Positions 54,733 to 64,000 of a DNA stretch of 64,000 bases are shown here, piece after piece. The first letter of the stretch is position 1. Each line of letters starts with the position of its first letter. The DNA comes from Eledone cirrhosa. Taxonomy: Eukaryota. The translations under genes were made by a program, and so were the position numbers. Location: the NCBI GenBank assembly GCA_964016885.1, contig OZ024740.1, positions 324,880,001 through 324,944,000 on the forward strand, read 5' to 3'. The notes under the pieces were generated by a model. It was not told the DNA's origin and made no database searches. It was given only the letters and a program-made list of their open reading frames with translations.

Positions 54733-55770
54733 GAATGACATATATACATACATAAATATCTAATGATATAAATGCATAATAGAATATATCAAACTTTAAA
54801 AAGAGGCAATCTGTATAGAATGTAAAAATACATAGTTCGTTACAGTATCATATTAAAATTTAACAAAAATTTTAAATATAGATACCTGATAAAAATCATA
54901 TATATTTCCCTCATATGTATCCTTGACAAATCATGAATATATTTCACCAAATATCGGTGCAGTTAGATAATCGATCCGGATCTTCAGGGAGGGTATTGAT
55001 CTATCTAAACTTGCACCCGTTAACATACAGAATTGAAGACAACGAGAGAAGCACATGGTATTATAAAAAACCAACCGCACGCATGAAAGCGTTCCCGCCA
55101 ACTAGAAACTGCAGTCTAACATCTCAACATATTAACAGCTCAACCAAATAGGAGCATAAAAATATTATACATATTGCATACAAAGTTATAGATGTCATGT
55201 TGAGATAATCTCGAACATGTATCTTGTCTCCCCAAATAAGTTCAAAGAAAAAATTCAAAGAATAAATCCGAGCATTTAATCATTACAAAATAGTGAATGA
55301 CACATATATACACACATAACTATTTAATGATATAAATGTACAATAGAATATATCAAACTTTAACAAGAGACAATCTGTATAGAATGTAAAAATACATACC
55401 AAATATCGGTGTAGTTAGATAATCGATCTGGATCGTCAGTGAGGGAATCGATCTATCTAAACTTACACCCGTTAACATACAGAATGAAAACGACGAAAGA
55501 AGCAGATGGTATTATTAAAAAAAAATTTGACTTTCATCCTTATGGGGTTGATAAAATAAAGTACCAGTAATACACTGGGTCATTGCTGGCCTTGTGCCAA
55601 AACTAGAAACAATTATTTAAAAAAACCAACGCGGGCGGTCATCATTTGCAATGACATGAAAGGTTTCACGCCACCTAGAAATAACACACTAACCTCTAAC
55701 ATATTAACAGCTCAACCAAGTAGGAGCATAAAAATATTATACATATTACATACAATGTGTCTTGCCTCCC
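54733..55770 (-). repeat. Tandem duplication of an approximately 560-bp unit carrying a hammerhead (54906-54995); the second unit has a deletion and an S1 SINE fragment (about 55526-55615)
   Basis: Units start at about 54733 and 55295 (gaatgaca..., aatctgtatagaatgtaaaaatacata, accaaatatcggtg.agttagataatcgatc). Confidence 0.8.
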
Positions 55771-55786
55771 AATATATATATATATA

Positions 55787-56648
55787 TCTGTATATGTATA
55801 AAATTAAGTATGTGTGTGTGTCTGTGTATTACCTAAAGGGGCCTACATCTTACGACCGATTTTCATGAAACTTTACAGGCTCATAGATTAGTCATCGGAG
55901 AGTGTTTCCTATATATCAGCGTATCGTTTATTTTTCTTCCGGGATCATTCCGCACATAAAAATCGATAGGGGGGGGCACCTTCTTTAGGTATCGAAAAAT
56001 AAGATTTTTGGCTCTAGCTCCCACATTTGGCCACCGATTTCGTTCAGGTTTTAAACCAAAATAAAATGTATCATTGCACATCCTGTAATGGCTTTATATT
56101 TTGCATTTGTTGTTCGGAGACGGCGTGGCAGCCGCTTAGATATTCAAAAATACCACTTTTAGACTCAAATTTCCACTTTTTCGGCTCTAGCTCCCACATT
56201 AATCAACCTACATTGTTCAAATTTTACACTATGCTAGATCTGATTATTTCACGTCTTAAAGTGGCTTTACATTTTGGATTTTTGTTCAGGAATGGCGTGG
56301 CAGCCGCTTAAGTATTCGAAAATACCACTTTTTCGCTCAAATTTCCGCCTTTTCGGCTCTAGCTTCCACATTTTTCAACCGATTTCGTTCAAATTCGAAA
56401 CTTTGGCTCACACATAACTCAATTTATTTGGTTCAACTTTTATACTACGATAGAACTTATCATTGCACATCTTATAGTAGCTTTACACTTTGCATTTTTG
56501 GTCAGGGAGGGCGATCTATCATTAGCTCCCACATTTTTCAACCGATTTCGTTCAAATTCGAAAATTCGGCTGCACCTCACACATAAATCAATTTATTTGG
56601 TTCACCTTTTATACTACGATAAAACCTATCATTGCACATCTTATAGAT
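55787..56648 (+). mobile_element. Helitron-like element with four approximately 170-bp internal tandem repeats
   Basis: tctgtatatgtataaaa start, a (GT/GTCT) tract and accgattttcatgaaacttt. The repeat (t)ctagctcccacatt...ccgatttcgttca recurs at about 56010, 56183, 56355 and 56523. Confidence 0.55.
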
Positions 56649-56809
56649 GGTCAAAGGCAAAACGATGGCCACTGACGTCGTCTGAGCTTTTAGTTGTGTA
56701 TTTCAGAATTCATCGGTTTCCAATCAAGTAGCGTGAGGAAATTTGGCTTAGTGTTAGAAGTCATTACCTCCCTACCCCAATATTGAATCTTTGTTCCTTT
56801 ATTCTTATA

Positions 56810-56875
<66 letters not shown>

Positions 56876-57332
56876 GCGTGTGTATGTATAATTTATAAAC
56901 AAAACATTTAAGATTTCATACTGATCTTAAATATTTCATTGTTTCTAATCCAGTGGTCGAACTGGTATGTGCAAAGATAATCTATGTTATTGAGGCACCA
57001 TAGTTACTAAACAGTACTGCAATAGGGACACGGTTATCACACAATGGAAGATGAGATCCAACAACGGTGAAATCACGATATATCAGTTATTATCAGTTCC
57101 AAATGTTCATTTTACGGATTATATTCTCAACATTTTCTCAGTGCAGAGATAGAAACTCTGATTTACTCTCTGAACTATACGTGTTGTCTATGTTTTAATT
57201 TTGAAGTAATGGTTGCCATTTTGACACAACGATCACCTTTCGTATCTCATCAAATGTCGATCAGTGGTAGTTCAGATATATAAATTTGTGCTTTCGTGCA
57301 ACTATGACTGTGAGAAGATGCTCTCAAACACA

Positions 57333-57514
<182 letters not shown>

Positions 57515-57542
57515 GTTTATATATATATATATATGCACATAA

Positions 57543-57590
<48 letters not shown>

Positions 57591-57685
57591 CCCGGAATAA
57601 CGTATATATATATATGTTTATATATATATATATATGCACATAAATATACATATATATATATATATATATATAACCCGGAATAACG

Positions 57686-57716
<31 letters not shown>

Positions 57717-58016
57717 ATACTTGGGGAGGGTCATATTTGTGTAATATTGCCAGAATTAATAACAGAACACACTCACTGTTTGGTTGGTTATATATATATA
57801 TATGTTTATATATATATATATGCACATAAATATACATATATATATATATACACGAAAGGATAAGAGCATAAGGAATAGTGTTAGTATGTGTATAATAGCT
57901 GATCACTGATATCTTCTGAGATCTGGCATATATCAAAAGCACTGCAGGCAATGACATTGCATCTTCAGTACAAAAATACATACACATATATATATATATA
58001 TGTATATATGCATATA

Positions 58017-58113
<97 letters not shown>

Positions 58114-58444
58114 AAATACATATATATCGTTCAGATTATACCCATTAACGAAATTACACATTATATTCAGTCATACATTTTTATCTCTATGCGTCTATCT
58201 ATTTTTCTTTTTTCAAAATCCACATGTAAACATGTTGTTTAATAATTATCTCAAATGTTTAATTATCTGTTTAATTACATTAGTAATTATTAGATTGTTA
58301 TATTCTAATAAGATACACTGTTAATTTAACAATATGCAGCTATTGCCTCGGGATATTTTGCCGACTCCATAAATATTCGTGACAAAGCCTCTCGAAAATG
58401 ATAAACAAATGGTAAAAAATGTTAAAATATTATATTCAAATTTA

Positions 58445-58505
<61 letters not shown>

Positions 58506-58871
58506 CCAATTTGAAATATTTCTGCATTACCAGCGGTTTCAAAAGGTAATCACGTCTATCTCATCTGATAAGAAAGATGTGTTTACGTCTTAAACTGCTG
58601 CTAATGCAGAAATAATTCTCGTATATATATACGACGGATTTTTTAGTCTTTGCTTAACAAACTCCAATCACAAAATACTGATCATCCGAGTAGAAGATAC
58701 TTGCTCAACGTGATTAGCCGCGAGACAAAACCAAGAACTAACAAGTTACAAGATATCCTTGTCTGCATTCTTCTGGGGTCGATAACATATAGATAGTCAA
58801 AAGTCGTACATATATGTGTTTTAAAAACGATATTTTTTATCTATTTTATATATTATATATATATACACAAA

Positions 58872-58959
<88 letters not shown>

Positions 58960-59195
58960 GGGTGTGTATGATTGTGTATAGAAAATTATATTAATAAAAG
59001 GAATTCCAACTTTGTCTGATTTACTCGTTTTATTTACAATCCTTTAAAATTTATAATGGTATTAGAATGAAATAATATGGTAGAATATTAAATGTTAAGT
59101 GTTAATTGAACAAGTACTTTCATGCTTTCGCAATCTTTAGGTTCATATTCTCTGGTGACAGTCAAGTTTGCAATATTCATGCAAACTTGACTGTC

Positions 59196-62100
59196 CCCAC
59201 AGAAGATTTCAGGCTAGTGGCTGTCTATGCCCCGACTGGAGTAGGGCGGCCTGATTTATTCCGGCGTCTGGAGACCTTTCTTGGAACGTCCCACTCTTTA
59301 GTGTTAGTGGGCGACTGGAACGGGATCTTAGATGCACGCTGGGACTGTGTGGGATTAGAGGATATGGGAGGAGGGTGAAAGAGCCTCACCAACCTGCTCA
59401 GGCGTTTTGAACTGTCTGACAGGTACCAATTGGATTTCCCGAATGTGCCAATGTGGACTTGGACAAACTTTATCGGGTCATCCAGATCATATCTAGATAG
59501 AGTATTTTGTAGGGAAATAAATAGGTGTAGCATAGGCTGTCCACAATTCAAGATAGTCAGCTACACGGACCACAAATTCGTGATCTGTGTGCTTGACTTA
59601 GATAGGCTTCATAGACGAGAACCCGGCTACTGGAAGCTAAACTCATCCTTACCAGCGCGCAAGGCCTACAGAGACCGGATTAGCGTACTAGTTAAGCGGG
59701 CGTTGACGGAGGCCATCGTCAACAAGTGGTGGTTTGCTCTGAAAAGAGCGATTATAATAGAGTCCATTAGGTTTAGTAAGGCTTTAGCTATAGAGAAAAA
59801 TGGAGCAGAGGGAGAACTAGTTAGAAAATTAGACGAGGCACTTAGCAAAGGCATCGCGACCGACATACTTACGGCGAAATTGGCCCTTGACAAATTCTTC
59901 AATGCAAAGCACGAATGCTGCGTTGTCAGAGCTAGGGTGCGTGTTTCAGACACGAGGGGATGAATGCAGTTAAATGGGCCCGAGTGGCGGAGGCGTGTCG
60001 TGGCAACAAAGCCACGATCCGGTCTTTGGTGGACCACGACGTGGGCATGCTACTCGATCCCGGGCAAATGTGTGAAGCTTTTCAGCGACACTTCGCTCAG
60101 CTGTTCGGGGGCAGCGGCGGGCCGGTTCGAGGGATGGACTTTTGTGTCCACCTCGACGGACTGTCGCGGCTCTCGGTCACTGGGGCGGAGTGTTGCGAAA
60201 AGCCGATAACAGCCGCTGAAGTAAGGGAGGCAATGACTGGCTGCACAAGGGTTAAATCGCCTGGTTTGGATGGTCTGCCCTATGAACTTTACGTACACAT
60301 GCCAGACTGGTTCGGAGGCCTCTTGGCGGACGTCTACTGCAACTGGCAACAGAACGGGAGAATTCCCAGCTCTGTGAGCCGAGGAGCGGTGGCGAACAAG
60401 AGGGATAACATAGATAATTTCAGGCCCATAACTCTGCTAAACACAGTGTTCAAGATTTTGGCCACGACAATCTCCACCTCATGCGATACATCGTAGAGAG
60501 GGTAGCTAGGGAACCTGGCACGGGTGGGTCCTTGATCAATTTAGATCAGTCGAAAGCTTTCGATATGGTCGACCATCGTTACCTAGCGGCAGTCCTGATA
60601 GCGGCTGGCTTTGGGCCCGTCTTCAGAGGCTGGATCGCTGCCATGCACAGCGACATCTGCTCTGTGGTGAGAGTGAATGGTCACCTTTTGGAACCGTTCA
60701 ACATCATGCGCTCGGTCCGCCAAGGATGTCCCCACTCGTCCCTCTTGTACGTATTGATTCTCGAGCCATTACTGCACAAACTGGAGACGTTGAGGGGTAT
60801 CCCGCGCGAATTAGGATGCGGAAGATCCATCTCAGCATATGCGGACGATGTCATTGTAGTGGTGTCGAACGCCAAACACATCGAGGCGATCGGCACTACA
60901 CTAAGAGAATACGAAGCGGTGACAGGAGCAATGATCAACCAGGAAAAGTCAGTGGGCCTGCAGCTCGGCACCTGGAGGGACAGCTCCATGCCGTCCAACA
61001 TCGTCGTCGGGCGCTGGACGGACGGACCGGTTAAATTGCTAGGGGTCTGGTTCGGTCCGGACCTCCAGACGAACAAAAACTGGGATGAGGTGACGAGCAG
61101 GGTGACTTCTCTCACCAAGAACTGGGTGGAGAGGAAGCTATCCCTGAAAGGTCGAGCGGAGGTGGCTAACGCGTACATCGCGTCCGTCATCTACTACCGC
61201 CTGACCGTTGTACCTTGTCCTAAGCCCCGCCTGACTGCGCTGGAGCGTTTGCTCTTTCGCTTTTTGTGGAAGGGACGCGCTCCCATGGTCAGACGAGCCA
61301 TCTGCTGTCAACACCCGTTGCGTGGAGGACTGTTCATGCCATGGCTGATGATGTGCGAACATGCGCTGAGGCTGCGACATCTCTGGTGCTTCCTTGACGG
61401 TGAACAGGTGTGGTCGCCGTTCGCCAGGCACGTTTTCTCACAGCTCGTCTCCTTGACGGAGCTGCAGTCCTGGGTCAGAAAAAGACCGAGCGATAGCGCT
61501 TGGAAACTGGAATGTCTCCAGCCGCTCACTGCCCTCTCCCAGCTGGGCACCAGTATCGGTGGAACATCCACCTCGGCGTTCTATAGAGGACTAGAGGAGG
61601 GGAAGAGCGACAACGTTCTCGGAGAGATTCTGGGCGTCGAAGTAGATCAGCTGTTTGCTCTCTTCCGGAGAACTTTCAGCCTAGAGTCTAGGGATAACTT
61701 CCAAAAATCCCTGGCCTGGCAGTGCTACCGGGGAGCTCTGCGGTTCGAGATAAGCTCTACAGACACGGAAGTGCCGTCAGCCGAGCCTGTCCGAGATGCG
61801 CGCAGAGCGACGAAACTGTCGTGCACGCACTCGTTCAGTGCCCAAGCATTGCTGACTTGTGGAGCTATGTCGAACAGTTGCTGTCGCGTGTAGGACTGAT
61901 CCGGTTATCGACTGAGTCCATTGTGCAGATGGTCTCGCCGTCTTCCTTCGAGGAGGAAGGGCAGGCGGTTTTCATCTGCCTGGTAGCCATGGCGAAAGAG
62001 ATTGTGTGGTGGACAAGGTTGAAAGGGTTAAAGACAGACACTTACCTCTTCAGCGAATCCCTAATTAACTTGAAGAGGAAAATCAGGCTGGAGAGTCAAG

Positions 62101-62508
62101 TGCTGCTTTCTAGAAAGTTTGTTGAAAGGTGGGTGAATGTAGCGAGAATGGTCCGAGTGAACGGGACCGCTCTGAATATACGTCTGTAGTTTGAGAAATG
62201 GAAAAATTGAGAGAGGACGCTTGCCCTGGTGGTCAGGGTGGCCGTGGTCTATTGTGTGGTTTTCGCCGAGTAACCCTCGGAAGTTTCCTCCCTATTGGTG
62301 AATTTTTCATTGTTTCAATTTTCATTTTTATTGTTTATATATATATATGTTTCTATGTCTTTTTTTTCTTTTCTTATATAAATAATAAAAATATTTACAC
62401 GCACAAAACCAACATCGTACCGTCCTGTACTGTCCTGTGCCCTCTGTAATATTTTTTCTTGATGTCAGCCCTTGTGGCCAATAAAGAAATCATTATTATT
62501 ATTATTAT
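59196..62508 (+). mobile_element. 5'-truncated, frameshifted Tx1/L1-clade non-LTR retrotransposon ORF2 (APE endonuclease, RT, C-terminal zinc finger)
   Basis: LVAVYAP, LVGDWN, SYLDRVF, TDHK, PGYWKLN, KSPGLDGLPYELY, FRPITLLN, LDQSKAFD, VRQGCP, AYADD and CPRC..ETVVHALVQC. The 3' UTR ends in aataaa plus (ATT)n. Confidence 0.95.
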
Positions 62509-62715
62509 AAGGGGAGTGGATTGACCGTCTCGGTAGAGGGTCGGACGTCATGCTTTGACGCATAGAGTTACGTCCCTTTCCATTCTGAGTTCAAATACCG
62601 CCGAGGTCAACTTTGCCTTTCATCCTTAGGGGTCGATAAAATAAAGTACCAGTAATGTACTAGGTAATTGCTGGCCTTGTGCCAAAAGTAGAAACAATTA
62701 TTATTATTATTATTA
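62509..62715 (+). mobile_element. S1 SINE between (ATT)n tracts
   Basis: Full-length S1 match. Confidence 0.9.
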
Positions 62716-62719
62716 CTAT

Positions 62720-63504
62720 TTTTATTTTCTTTCATTATTGTTTCTGAGATATATGTCGAGTGTCTTCCTGACACCTAGGGCAAATAAATTCAAAGTGTGC
62801 ATTGGTAAGCCAGTTAATACAGCACATTGATTATAATTTAAAAAGAAAAAAAAGAAAAACTATACATATATACACATGTGCATATGCATATGTAAATACA
62901 AGGAGGGATATCAATCTTACAGAGATAGTGCTCTTCTCAATGCATGTGCAGTACCATTCAAAACAATTTTTTGCACCTCGTGCAGAGAGGGTAAACCAGG
63001 AATCATTCGCAAATATCGTTCTGTTCCTTTCTTGATCATTGCCAGACCTCCCACAATCACTGGTATTGTAACGTCCTTGAGGTGCCACATTTTCTCAATT
63101 TCAATAAGCAGATCTTTATAAATTCGTAGCTTTTCAAATTCTTTTACCGCGATATTGTGATCACACGGGATGCTCATATCTAACAATAAACAGACCTTGT
63201 TATGTTGATCTTTTACAATGATGTCAGGTTTATTTGCTTTTATGGTCCTGTCAGTATGTACAGGAAAGACCCAGAGAATTGTTACTTTTTCTCCTTCAGT
63301 TACAGCCTTAGGGTGATGGTTGTACCACTTGTCTTCAGCTTTGATTTTGTAATGCCGACATATTACCCAGTGTAGATATTGGCCAACTCTGTCATGTTTA
63401 TATTTGTATTCTACTGGTGCTAAGACTTTACATCCAGAGACTAAGTGATCCACTGTTTCAACCCCAGGATTGCTGAATCGGCACTTTGGGTTTATTCCGT
63501 TTTT

Positions 63505-63507
<3 letters not shown>
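62720..63507 (-). mobile_element. 3' end of an R4/Dong-type RLE non-LTR retrotransposon
   Basis: CRF....ETVDHLVSGC zinc knuckle, KHDRV, KPDIIV...LLDMSIP (PD-(D/E)xK restriction-like endonuclease) and EK..YKDL. It is truncated at a (TG)n array, and the 3' end abuts (TAA)n. Confidence 0.88.
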
Positions 63508-63596
<89 letters not shown>

Positions 63597-63939
63597 GGTT
63601 TGTGCGTGTTCATAATATTGAATTTTCTTTTTAACTGTAATAGCTGTCAGGTCTAGACGTTATTTCCAACATAAGAAAATTCATACGATGTTTTCTTAAA
63701 ATGACTATTAATATCTTAAGACTAGTAAACTGAAGACCCATGTAGACTTGATTGGCTAATTAATTTTGTTAGTTAGCTAGTATGGCCAATTATGCAGGTA
63801 AAATTATTATTTTTCCTTAAATACAATTTTTTGCTTGTTATGTTCTTAATCTTAAAAATAATATTCTGCATAATACGGATTTTAGCCTGTATAAAGCATA
63901 TTTGAGCTAATTCAGGGTATAATATGGTTGAAATAGCGC

Positions 63940-63973
<34 letters not shown>

Positions 63974-64000
63974 GACTGATAAGTTTTTAAAAAACCTGTA

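Noticed and set aside
60681-61571. Antisense and alternate-frame ORFs over the LINE
   Set aside because: They are shadow ORFs of GC-rich LINE coding sequence.

Overview
Eukaryotic, AT-rich, microsatellite-saturated non-coding DNA with no recognisable host gene. The SINE content suggests an octopod cephalopod genome, which is an inference. Most ORFs in the track are translations of (TA)n, (TG)n, (GA)n, (CAT)n or (AAC)n arrays. The real coding signal comes from decayed transposons: Penelope-like elements (PLEs, with RT and C-terminal GIY-YIG), a Tx1/L1-type LINE, an R4/Dong-type RLE LINE 3' end, RTE fragments and Helitron derivatives, plus many tRNA-derived SINEs and mariner-type MITEs. The most striking hidden structure is a set of about ten type-I hammerhead ribozyme motifs (stem I-CUGANGA-stem II-GAAA-stem III-UH-stem I) from sequence-distinct families. 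They lie in short elements wedged into (TA)n arrays. Several elements are long fold-back palindromes with arms up to about 213 bp. Several more are palindromes that appear centred on a ribozyme stem II. Many share a GAGTRC motif about 35-70 bp inside their 3' microsatellite junction. All structures were paired by eye, and no folding or database search was run.
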